Counted from the first letter of the stretch, positions 1 through 8,148 are shown. The stretch: 13,590 nt of DNA from a bacterium (GCA_040752695.1 JBFMGO010000139.1:1-13590), one strand, 5' to 3'. A program made the numbers and translations. Notes: generated from the sequence alone by a model not told the origin.

Positions 1-212
1 TTGAGGTCATCCCCACTTTTCGGATAGGTTTTAAGTACAGGCAGCGGGAATTACGCACCCGGTTATTTCTGTCCTTTTAGCGGACACTTTTAAGAAAAAA
101 TCCGCCCAACGTGCTGCGTGGATGATAATCTATCTGGCTGCGTATTTAATGCGTAGTGTACTAAGAACGCATATTATCTGTAATGTTCCATTATCATGCA
201 TAAGCGAATCTT

Positions 213-251
213 TTAACATGAAGTTTATGAAAATGTTATATAAATCTAACA
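213..251 (+). promoter_or_regulatory. Putative PhoB/PhoP (OmpR-family) direct-repeat binding array
   Basis: Four hexamers in exact 11-bp phase: TTAACA (213), TTTATG (224), GTTATA (235), CTAACA (246), resembling TT(A/T)ACA Pho-box half-sites. A -10-like TATAGA follows at 261-266. The context is AT-rich, so chance is possible. Confidence 0.35.
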
Positions 252-326
252 AGTTCAGGGTATAGAGATAGAAAAAGAAGTTTCGGGTTGAAATCATCTC
301 TCCCAATGCTGGGTGCGTCAGGTTAG

Positions 327-369
327 TTCAACCATTCAACCATACGAGTTGACATAACGAGTTGGCGTA
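327..369. repeat. Two adjacent short tandem duplications in the 5' leader
   Basis: TTCAACCA x2 (327-342), then ACGAGTTGACATA / ACGAGTTGGCGTA (344-369, 13-bp period). Confidence 0.7.
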
Positions 370-437
370 TTATCCAGTCTGCGGGGCTCTTTAAAGCATA
401 CTTAAGCTATCTTCATTGAAAGGAGTATACCATCAGA

Positions 438-2912
438 ATGAAGAGATACAAAGCAGATTTGCATATGCATTCAAGGTATTCAAATAAACCCTCTAATTGG
501 GCCTTACGGAAGATTAATTGTCCGGAAAGTTATTCCTCGCCAAAATTCATTTACGAAACCGCCCAAAAAAGGGGTATGGATTTTGTCACTATTACAGACC
601 ATAACAGTATAGAAGGAGCCTGTGAAATTGCCCACCTGCCCGGAACCTTTATCAGCTCGGAACTGACCGTCTTTTTTCCTGAGAAGGGGGGGTGTAAAAT
701 ACACCTGGTCGTACTGGATGTGAATGAGGAAAGCTTTAAAGAATGCAGAAATCTGTCCAGTAACATTTACGAGCTTGCCCTGTATTTACGAAAGATGCAG
801 ATTGTACACTTTATCGCCCATCCGCTCTATGAGATCAATGGGAAGCTTTCGGTGGACATTGTTGAAAAGCTTCTGATCCTGTTCAATACGTTTGAGGTTA
901 AAAATGGGGCAAGAACAAGAAAAACCAATGATTTTTTCAAGGCAATCCTGCTTTCACTCACTCCGGAAAAAGTAACGGAGCTTGTTGACAAACATGATCT
1001 TTCTCCCTATGGCCCACGTCCCTGGAAGAAATCGATCGTTGGCGGGTCGGATGATCATGGAGGACTGTTCATTGGCCGATCCTACACGGTTTGTCCGCGA
1101 GGGAACTCGGTGCAGGAATTTGTCAGTTCGATCGAAGCAGGAGAATCATGGGTAGAAGGTGAGGATGGTGACCCTCTTACCCTCGCACATAGTGTCTATG
1201 GGATCGGCTATCGGTTTATCACCGAAAAGGTCATGGCTAAGAACGGGCAGTCTCTCCCTTTCGTGAAGATGATGCTGAACCGTCTGTTTGATTTTCAGCC
1301 CCGGAAAACCTCTCCCTATGAAAGGGTAAAGCTGTTTATCAAGATGAAAATACCTGAATCTTTACAAAGCAAGGATAATACTTTGTCTTTTGAACAGTTA
1401 TTGGATAAGGAAGCCAGGAGGCTTTTGACCAATGCCAACCTTCTGGAAAAGATGGATTCCTCTTCCGTCAACCGAAGAATATTCACCTGCACCAGCCACC
1501 TTATCAACAGGATGATTTACATCTACACAGAGAAACTGTCTGGTTTGAGTTCCTCTATAGAATTGACCTCTATCTTCGATTCCCTGAGCACTCTTGGCAT
1601 GGTTCACCTTCTGGCATCTCCCTATTACCTTGCCTTTCACCATCAGTACAGAAGCAAAAAGCTCATGAGTGACCTTAAAGAAACCTTCAATTTATCACCC
1701 GGCATATTCGACAAACAAAAAGTCGCCTTGTTTACAGATACCTTAGAGGATATTAATGGTGTAGCCATTACGATCAACCGCATTCTGCAAACAGCAAAAA
1801 GAAGGGGCATAGACCTGGTTATCATCACCTCATCTCATAGAGAAACCGGATACAGGGGCGGGATTATGAACTTTCAGTCAGTCGGTGATTTCGCCTTGCC
1901 GGAATACTCCCAACTGAAAATGCATTTCCCGCCGATTCTCGATATGCTCGACTACATCGAGAGGGAGGGTTTCACGCGGATTCATGTGAGCACACCAGGC
2001 ACGGTAGGTCTTATGGCTCTTTTTATCGCCAAGCTCATGGATATGTCCATAACGGGAACCTATCATACGGATATTCCCGAATACATCAGGGATTTGACCG
2101 GTGATGACGGATTGGAGAGCGCTGCCTGGAACTACATGATCTGGTTCTACAATCAAATGAATGAGGTAACCGTGCCTTCCGCCGCTACCAGACGGCAGCT
2201 CATTGAGCGGGGATTGCCAGAGTGGAAAACCAAACCCCTGCCCAGGTGGGTCGATACCGAGGTGTTTACTCCAAGCAAGAGAGAGCCACACTTTTGGAGA
2301 AAATATGGTCTTAACGGAGACATCAAATTCCTGTATGTTGGCCGTATATCAAAGGAGAAAAACCTCAAGCTGCTGGCTGAGGTTTTCAAAGGAATTATCG
2401 AATCTAACCTGTCAGCGGATCTGGTTCTGGTCGGTGATGGGCCATACCGGTCAGAGCTGGAAAAAGAGCTGGAGGAATATCCGGTTCTTTTCACCGGCTA
2501 TTTGACCGGAGATGAACTGTGCAAGGCATACGCTTCATCTGATGTATTCATTTTCCCGAGCACAACGGACACCTTCGGCAATGTTGTTCTGGAAGCACAA
2601 TCTTCAGGACTGCCGGTAATCGTCTCGAATGAAGGGGGACCGAAGGAAATCATGAAAGAACACGAAACGGGTCTGGTTTTTCAGGCTGATGATAAACGGG
2701 CTCTCTATGCAGCTATGAAGTCGTTCATTGATAACAGGGAACGCATTAGCCGGATGGGCAGTAAGGCCAGAGAATTTACTGTGAAAAACAGCATCGATGA
2801 TACCAAAGCATACCAGACCATCCTTTACAGCTCCTGTGATTCCAGCTCCTGTGATTCCACCTCCTGCGATTCCGGTCCAATCAGGCTCACTCCACAGTGG
2901 AGAGCAGCATGA
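438..2912 (+). CDS. PHP-domain phosphoesterase fused to a family 4 (GT-B) glycosyltransferase
   Basis: 824 aa. N-terminal PHP motifs DLHMHS, ITDHN, IAHP, GGSDDH. C-terminal GT4 motifs ALFTDT..INGV, IHVSTPG, GTYHTDIPEY, LYVGRISKEKN, FPSTTDTFGNVVLEAQSSGLPV. AAGGAG at 420-425. Confidence 0.92.
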   Translation: MKRYKADLHMHSRYSNKPSNWALRKINCPESYSSPKFIYETAQKRGMDFVTITDHNSIEGACEIAHLPGTFISSELTVFFPEKGGCKIHLVVLDVNEESFKECRNLSSNIYELALYLRKMQIVHFIAHPLYEINGKLSVDIVEKLLILFNTFEVKNGARTRKTNDFFKAILLSLTPEKVTELVDKHDLSPYGPRPWKKSIVGGSDDHGGLFIGRSYTVCPRGNSVQEFVSSIEAGESWVEGEDGDPLTLAHSVYGIGYRFITEKVMAKNGQSLPFVKMMLNRLFDFQPRKTSPYERVKLFIKMKIPESLQSKDNTLSFEQLLDKEARRLLTNANLLEKMDSSSVNRRIFTCTSHLINRMIYIYTEKLSGLSSSIELTSIFDSLSTLGMVHLLASPYYLAFHHQYRSKKLMSDLKETFNLSPGIFDKQKVALFTDTLEDINGVAITINRILQTAKRRGIDLVIITSSHRETGYRGGIMNFQSVGDFALPEYSQLKMHFPPILDMLDYIEREGFTRIHVSTPGTVGLMALFIAKLMDMSITGTYHTDIPEYIRDLTGDDGLESAAWNYMIWFYNQMNEVTVPSAATRRQLIERGLPEWKTKPLPRWVDTEVFTPSKREPHFWRKYGLNGDIKFLYVGRISKEKNLKLLAEVFKGIIESNLSADLVLVGDGPYRSELEKELEEYPVLFTGYLTGDELCKAYASSDVFIFPSTTDTFGNVVLEAQSSGLPVIVSNEGGPKEIMKEHETGLVFQADDKRALYAAMKSFIDNRERISRMGSKAREFTVKNSIDDTKAYQTILYSSCDSSSCDSTSCDSGPIRLTPQWRAA
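2828..2872 (+). repeat. 15-bp tandem repeat x3 encoding an SSCDS-type repeat
   Basis: CAGCTCCTGTGATTC / CAGCTCCTGTGATTC / CACCTCCTGCGATTC at the 3' end of the glycosyltransferase gene. Confidence 0.95.
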
Positions 2913-4288
2913 TAGAGGGGAATCCGTCTCAAGGTCACGCCCAATGTCACGCAAGAGGCGGCGGAGGAAAAAGGCACACCGTTCACCATGTTCTTGGCTT
3001 CATGCGAAACCGCCTTCCAGGCCAACTGGTTCTTCAGTATACCGACAGGTGTAATGCTACCTGTCCCCAGTGCGGCATGCGCAGAACCAACACCTTTGAT
3101 CGATCGAAGATTACCATGGAGACGGCCAGAAAAATCATCGATGCTGCCGCTCAAAGAGGTATTGCAGCCCTGTCCTTTACTGGAGGTGAACCCCTGCTCT
3201 TTGCCGATGAGATCATTCCCTTGATCCATTATGCAGTCGAGGCCGGAATCCCTTATGTCCGCACCGGCACGAACGGCTTTCTTTTCATGGGGGCGCATCG
3301 TCCCGGTTTTGAAAAGCGCATAGCGCACCTGGCACAGGCCCTTGTTCAGTCAGGGCTTTATACGTTTTGGATCAGCATTGACACATACGATCCGGCCGTG
3401 CATGAAAAAATGCGCGGGCTGCCGGGTGTAATCGAGGGGATCAGGAAGGCAGTGCCGATATTCCACGAGCAGGGCTTCTATCCTTCAGCTAACCTTGGCA
3501 TCAATAAATCGATAGCTGCCGCTGCTGGTCTTGAGGACATCACTCCCGGGAATCCCCGGCAGTATTATGCAGCTTTTCGTGAAGGATTCAGAAAATTCTT
3601 CGCTTTTGTCCATGACCTTGGCTTTACGATTGTCAACGTCTGCTATCCCATGAGTCTGGATGAGAAAAAAGATGGCGGCCTTGAGGCAGTCTATGGTGCG
3701 ACCTCCACGGACGAAGTGGTCAGGTTTACCCAGGCCGAGCGGGTGCTCGTCTTTCAGGCGCTTTTGGATACCATTATCGAGTTTCGGTCCAGGATACGGA
3801 TCTTTTCTCCCCAGTGCTCACTTTACTCACTCATACGGGACTACACCGAGGGAAAAGACAAAAGTTATCCCTGTCGGGGAGGGTGGGAATATTTCTTCAT
3901 TGATGCCCGCGATGGAAATATCTATCCATGCGGCTATCGGGGGAAGGAAAACCTTGGCAAGTTTTGGGAATTTCTACCGAATGGACAGTACCGGAAAGAT
4001 GTCTGCAAGGCCTGCGACTGGGAATGCTTTCGTGACCCCTCCGAGATGTTCGGCCCTGTTCTGACACTCTTTCGGCAGCCGGGACGTTTTATCGGAATGC
4101 TCAGGCAGGAGAGAGCCTTCATGAAACTCTGGTTTCAGGATATGCTCTATTATGCGGCCTGTAACTTTTTCAATGGCCGTAAAGCACCATGCTATCACAA
4201 GATGAGGAGATTCAATCGGTTGAGTGACGAAAAGGAAAATTGCCCTCTATCCGGTAAAGAATTGGCCAAAAAGGGCCAATCACCGTGA
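2909..4288 (+). CDS. Radical SAM protein with C-terminal SPASM/twitch-like domain
   Basis: CNATCPQC (CxxxCxxC), SFTGGEP, GTNG, ISID motifs; C-terminal CRGG...DGNIYPC...CKACDWEC. ATG at 2909 overlaps the upstream TGA (ATGA) with GGAG just upstream, so it is preferred over GTG 2897. Confidence 0.9.
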   Translation: MIEGNPSQGHAQCHARGGGGKRHTVHHVLGFMRNRLPGQLVLQYTDRCNATCPQCGMRRTNTFDRSKITMETARKIIDAAAQRGIAALSFTGGEPLLFADEIIPLIHYAVEAGIPYVRTGTNGFLFMGAHRPGFEKRIAHLAQALVQSGLYTFWISIDTYDPAVHEKMRGLPGVIEGIRKAVPIFHEQGFYPSANLGINKSIAAAAGLEDITPGNPRQYYAAFREGFRKFFAFVHDLGFTIVNVCYPMSLDEKKDGGLEAVYGATSTDEVVRFTQAERVLVFQALLDTIIEFRSRIRIFSPQCSLYSLIRDYTEGKDKSYPCRGGWEYFFIDARDGNIYPCGYRGKENLGKFWEFLPNGQYRKDVCKACDWECFRDPSEMFGPVLTLFRQPGRFIGMLRQERAFMKLWFQDMLYYAACNFFNGRKAPCYHKMRRFNRLSDEKENCPLSGKELAKKGQSP

Positions 4289-5109
4289 GATACTCGCTTC
4301 TGCCACTGGTAATTGTGAGTTTTTTGCTTCTTGGTGCAGGCAAAGAGGCAGGGAAAGAGGCAGAAAAAAAATGGTGTGAATTGCGGGAGCAAACCAGTCG
4401 TGATTCAATAAAGGTCCTCTGGCAACTGGAAAAAATAGATGGGAAAATAATCCTTACTACTGTCAGGGGGCAGGAGACACATGTTACGGTACACGACCAG
4501 TCTTGTTCCACCCAAAAGTGGCTGATATCCAACAAGCAGGCACACACAGATGCAGTAGCCAGAAGGGCAGGGGAATATATTCTGATGAAAGGTCTATTCA
4601 AGGGAAAACCGATAGACGAAAAGGTAGCCGTTGATGATTTACCCTGGTACCAGGCCATGTCACTTTCACTCGGCTTCTTTTCGTGCAGTGACCAGACTTC
4701 CGTCGAGTTCTGGACCTTAAGACCTGACGATCTTACTCCCCATAAGATGAGAGCCATGAAAAAACAATCAGAATACATGACTTTCAACGGGAAAAAGATT
4801 CAGGTTCAAAAAGTGAGAGTCAGTCTCGGCGGCCTGTTATCATTCATTTGGAGTGGTGAATTCTGGTTCCGGAAAGAGGACGGCATGTTTATGAAATATC
4901 AAGGAGCCAATGGTCCTCCCGGCGCTTCGGAAACCATCATCACACTTGTTCAGGAAAAACCGTGGGAAAATATCCCCGCCACCACCAGGGGAAACACCCC
5001 TGTTACCATCGGTGGAAATCCCCCTGCCACTACCAGGGAAAATATCCCGGACACCGGGGGAAATACCCCAGCCAAGACGGAAAAAAAGGCCACCGTTTCA
5101 CCGACATGA
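4285..5109 (+). CDS. Exported hypothetical protein, probably beta-rich (DUF3108-like, tentative), with a low-complexity C-terminal tail
   Basis: 274 aa. GTG overlaps the radical SAM stop (GTGA). Signal-peptide-like MRYSLLPLVIVSFLLLGA; alternating beta-strand patterns (KIQVQKVRVSL, GEFWFRKEDGMFMKY); Pro/Thr/Gly-rich tail. Confidence 0.75.
   Translation: MRYSLLPLVIVSFLLLGAGKEAGKEAEKKWCELREQTSRDSIKVLWQLEKIDGKIILTTVRGQETHVTVHDQSCSTQKWLISNKQAHTDAVARRAGEYILMKGLFKGKPIDEKVAVDDLPWYQAMSLSLGFFSCSDQTSVEFWTLRPDDLTPHKMRAMKKQSEYMTFNGKKIQVQKVRVSLGGLLSFIWSGEFWFRKEDGMFMKYQGANGPPGASETIITLVQEKPWENIPATTRGNTPVTIGGNPPATTRENIPDTGGNTPAKTEKKATVSPT
4336..4371 (+). repeat. 12-bp tandem repeat (AGKE AGKE AEKK) after the signal peptide
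   Basis: GCAGGCAAAGAG / GCAGGGAAAGAG / GCAGAAAAAAAA. Confidence 0.7.
4966..5082 (+). repeat. Degenerate ~24-bp tandem repeat x5
   Basis: Encodes ENIPATTR / GNTPVTIG / GNPPATTR / ENIPDTG / GNTPAKTE, with a recurring GGAAA(T/C)..CCC core; one unit is 21 bp. Confidence 0.85.
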
Positions 5110-5136
5110 GTTATTGTTTCACTGACATGAGTTTTT
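5095..5136. repeat. 21-bp tandem duplication spanning both convergent stop codons
   Basis: GTTTCACCGACATGAGTTATT / GTTTCACTGACATGAGTTTTT (19/21 identical). Confidence 0.9.
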
Positions 5137-6250
5137 GCTTCAACTCGCCCTCGATTTTTGTCAGTTCAACCTCAGCCTCTTGTCTTTTAGCTCTTCCTTC
5201 TTCATGAATCCGCAGAGTTTCTTCAATAGTGGCAATGAGATCAGAATTCACTTTCCGCAGGGTTTCAAGATCCACCACACCTCTTTCCGATTCTTTGGCC
5301 ACGCCGAGTGAGCTTTCTTTCAAAAGTTCAGCGTTCTTTTGCAGGAGTTCATTGGTGGTATCCGTAACCTCTTTCTGGATTTGCAGGGCTTTTTTCTGCC
5401 TGAGCAGGCTCACGGCAATGACGATCTGATTCTTCCACAGGGGAATGGTATTGAGGATGGAGCTTTGAATCTTTTCCGTCAGAACCTCATTATTATTCTG
5501 GATAATCCGTATCTGCGGAGCGGTCTGGAGTGCGACCATTTTACTCAGCTTAAGGTCATGCAGTTTCTTTTCGAACCGGATGATGAGCTGCTGAAAATCG
5601 CGATAGTTCTGGGCGGCGAGGGGATCGTTGGAAGCTTCGGCCTCAGCTTTTATCTTGGGAAGGGTAACGTCCTGAAGTTCTTTGAGTTTTTGCTCACCAG
5701 CCAGAATATAGAGATTGAGTTCTTTAAAATACTCGACATTCTTGTCATAGAGCGTATCGAGCATGGTCAGGTCGCGTAACAGGTCCATTCTGGCCTTGTC
5801 GAGTTCCTGGATGATTTTTTCGATCTGAGTACTGAGCTTTTCATACTTGGCGACAAACTTTTCAGCCTCGTTAAAGAGGGAACCAAGGAATGGGATCTTG
5901 GAAAAAAATCCATGGTCGGAGGAAAGGCTATCGACATCCAGATCCTTTACCTTCACCATCAGGTCGGTCATAATCTCTCCCACATAACCGGCATCCTTGG
6001 CTCTTATCTGATTGAGGATACTGTCAGCAAAGCTTGAGATCTTTGATTGGATGCCGACTCCATACTGGAGAACAAACTGGGAGTCCTCAACCTGGATCGT
6101 GCTCATGATCTCATGAACCCGCGTTTTTTCATCCTCGGTTAAGGTGGAAAGACCTGTAGCGACCTCATCGGCAGGCTTTGGAACAATGCTGTTCACGGCA
6201 GGCTTTGGAACGATGCTGTCCACGGCAGGTTTTGAAATAATGCTATCCAT
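5111..6250 (-). CDS. telA: Toxic anion resistance protein, TelA/YaaN family
   Basis: 379 aa, helical/coiled-coil. Family motifs VLQYG..IQ, FEKKLHDLKL, QTAPQIRIIQNNN, KIQSSILNTIPLWKNQ, ERGVVDLETL. RBS AAGGAG 8 nt before the ATG. Confidence 0.92.
   Translation of the reverse strand: MDSIISKPAVDSIVPKPAVNSIVPKPADEVATGLSTLTEDEKTRVHEIMSTIQVEDSQFVLQYGVGIQSKISSFADSILNQIRAKDAGYVGEIMTDLMVKVKDLDVDSLSSDHGFFSKIPFLGSLFNEAEKFVAKYEKLSTQIEKIIQELDKARMDLLRDLTMLDTLYDKNVEYFKELNLYILAGEQKLKELQDVTLPKIKAEAEASNDPLAAQNYRDFQQLIIRFEKKLHDLKLSKMVALQTAPQIRIIQNNNEVLTEKIQSSILNTIPLWKNQIVIAVSLLRQKKALQIQKEVTDTTNELLQKNAELLKESSLGVAKESERGVVDLETLRKVNSDLIATIEETLRIHEEGRAKRQEAEVELTKIEGELKQKLMSVKQ
6169..6249 (-). repeat. 27-bp tandem repeat x3 at the TelA N-terminus
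   Basis: Encodes SIISKPAVD / SIVPKPAVN / SIVPKPADE. Plus-strand units start with CGGCAGG at 6169, 6196 and 6223. Confidence 0.95.
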
Positions 6251-6298
6251 GGCGATATCTCCTTTTCCTTAAAGAAAAGCGGGGAAACGATAATCGGT

Positions 6299-7417
6299 TT
6301 ATTCTTCCTTGTACAGGGCGGCAATGATTTTTTCCATAACCTGCGGGCCTGGCATCGGTATCACCTTTTCGATTCTCTCAGGAATACCGGCTATTTCAAG
6401 CACTTTGGGATCATTCTGAACGCCGATAAGCCCTGTCCTGAAGCCGTGTTTTTCCCAGGCAAGTCTTTGCAGGTCCGGATCTTCGAGAGCCTTGTTGAGC
6501 ATTTCTCCGTTCTTGGTAAGGGCAATAAGGGGATGAGAGCTCCAGACTGTGGGGATGGGGTAAAGGATTCTGATTTTATCCTTTACTTTCGGCCACAGTT
6601 GCCTGTTTTGCAGCGAGAATTCCACAATCTGGCTTTCATAGCCAACGATAATGGGTTTGGCCCCAACACCGGTTCTGAGGTATTGCTCGAACAGATCGGA
6701 GCTTGAGTGCTCAAGGTATCCAAGCCGTTTAAAAAAGGTCCTGATGGTCGGAATGACACTTTCAACCGAAGTTTCATCCACTACATCCCCGGCGAGAATA
6801 TTGGCTAACAGTCCGGCAAACATATTGCCTGAGTTTGAAGCAGTCGGGTCTGTAGAGATCACGGTAATACTGCCGTAGAGCTCATTCAGTCCGATGTCCG
6901 ACCATTTTTTTCGTTCAATAACCAGGTTGATGAATTTGGGGAAATTCACAATATAATAGGATTCACTGATCTTTTTAACAATCCCCTCCCTGATGAAGGC
7001 CTCCGTCACGATGTCCCAGCTATAGAGAACGATAGGGGAATTAAAGATGATTTCGCTCTTGATGAGCTTCTGCTGCTGATTGCTCTTGAAGATTTCAAGG
7101 GCTACCTGGCTTGAGGGCCAGAGAAAATCGGTATTTTCCGGTACCGGTTGAGAGACCATCTCGATAGAGCCTGCCTTGGCATAATCGATAACCAGCCCAT
7201 ATTTTTTCACGATTACATTTCTTACCTCCTCATCCTCCAAAAATCCCATCTTCTCCCCGCCGACAAAGCCATGCACGGTGGCAGCGGTGGTGCTGGTAGA
7301 CGTCATAAGGCTGTCAGAGGCCGTGTCCTGTGATTTTTTCGGGGTAAATTGCTGCCACACGAGGACTCCGACCACGACAAGAATAAGCAGGACAATACCG
7401 ACTATTTTTTGTTTCAT
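6299..7417 (-). CDS. Membrane-anchored extracellular solute-binding (PBP type 2-like) protein
   Basis: 372 aa. N-terminal TM helix (IVGIVLLILVVVGVLVW); motifs GGEK, AGSIEM, DFLWPSS, FNSPIV, TDPTASNSG, VGYESQ, YP.PTVWSSHPLI, HGFR. Collinear with the N-terminal domain of the vWA lipoprotein. Confidence 0.8.
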   Translation of the reverse strand: MKQKIVGIVLLILVVVGVLVWQQFTPKKSQDTASDSLMTSTSTTAATVHGFVGGEKMGFLEDEEVRNVIVKKYGLVIDYAKAGSIEMVSQPVPENTDFLWPSSQVALEIFKSNQQQKLIKSEIIFNSPIVLYSWDIVTEAFIREGIVKKISESYYIVNFPKFINLVIERKKWSDIGLNELYGSITVISTDPTASNSGNMFAGLLANILAGDVVDETSVESVIPTIRTFFKRLGYLEHSSSDLFEQYLRTGVGAKPIIVGYESQIVEFSLQNRQLWPKVKDKIRILYPIPTVWSSHPLIALTKNGEMLNKALEDPDLQRLAWEKHGFRTGLIGVQNDPKVLEIAGIPERIEKVIPMPGPQVMEKIIAALYKEE

Positions 7418-7433
7418 ATGATCACCACCCTTC

Positions 7434-8057
7434 TCATAATCCTTCCAGTTTCATAGTCTTTTCCAAGAGAGTGATTTCCGTGTCAAGATCGAGAATATCA
7501 TCGTCGAGTAAGTTCAGGAGTTGCTTCTCGAAAGTACTCTTGATGTTTGAAAGAAGCTGATCGATCTTATTGAGCGACCGCTCAATTTCGCCAGATTTCA
7601 GGCCCTGGTCTGAAAGTTCGACATACTTAGTGATAATTTTAGACGTAACCTCGAGGTAATAGGAGAGAAACTTATGGGCGCGTTTTATATCTTGCGGGTC
7701 TTTCTTTAAGTTGGCAAAAATTTTTTCAGCAATGGAGCAGATATCTTCAATCTGGGCTTTTACCTTTTGGTTCTTAATCTTCTGCCCGGCAGAAGAGATT
7801 TCCTTCACCCTTTTCTCTCCGCTGGCAAGCGTATCCAACAACGACTTCGTATCTTTTCCCTCCAATTCCCCTCCCGGGCCGTTAAGGAGTGACGATGAAG
7901 ATGTCTCCCTCTTTTTCGATACCAAAAGCAGGGTCCCGATGCATCCCATCAGACCAAATACCAAAGCTGTGATCAGAGAGGCTCTTAAGACAAGATAGAA
8001 ACCGACAAAAACCGCCCCGCCAACAATTCCCGACAGAAGGCCACTGATTTTATCCAT
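7434..8057 (-). CDS. xpaC: XpaC family (5-bromo-4-chloroindolyl phosphate hydrolysis) membrane protein
   Basis: Two N-terminal TM helices followed by a helical domain with KDPQDIKRAHKFLSYYL..KYVEL..FEKQL..L..DILDLDTEI. Lies in a telA operon as expected. Start is ATG 8057 or TTG 8060. Confidence 0.85.
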   Translation of the reverse strand: MDKISGLLSGIVGGAVFVGFYLVLRASLITALVFGLMGCIGTLLLVSKKRETSSSSLLNGPGGELEGKDTKSLLDTLASGEKRVKEISSAGQKIKNQKVKAQIEDICSIAEKIFANLKKDPQDIKRAHKFLSYYLEVTSKIITKYVELSDQGLKSGEIERSLNKIDQLLSNIKSTFEKQLLNLLDDDILDLDTEITLLEKTMKLEGL

Positions 8058-8082
8058 CAATCAAGGATCCTATTCATCGATT

Positions 8083-8148
8083 ACAAGACCTGTCCATATC
8101 ACCATGAGAAGAGCCTTCCACAAGACCTGTCCGTTACCCGTTGAGAAG
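8083..8148. repeat. Intergenic 37-bp-period direct repeat
   Basis: ACAAGACCTGTCC at 8083 and 8120; TGAGAAG at 8105 and 8142. Confidence 0.8.

Noticed and set aside
349..373. TTGACA...TATTAT promoter
   Set aside because: The spacer is only 13 bp and the TTGACA lies within a tandem duplication.
2797..3054. 85-aa Pro/Arg-rich ORF as a RiPP precursor
   Set aside because: Entirely overlaps two well-supported genes in another frame; its repeats derive from the 15-bp triplication.
5111..6250. Literal tellurite-resistance function for telA
   Set aside because: The family name alone does not establish it; no ter or teh genes are present and homologues are linked to envelope stress.
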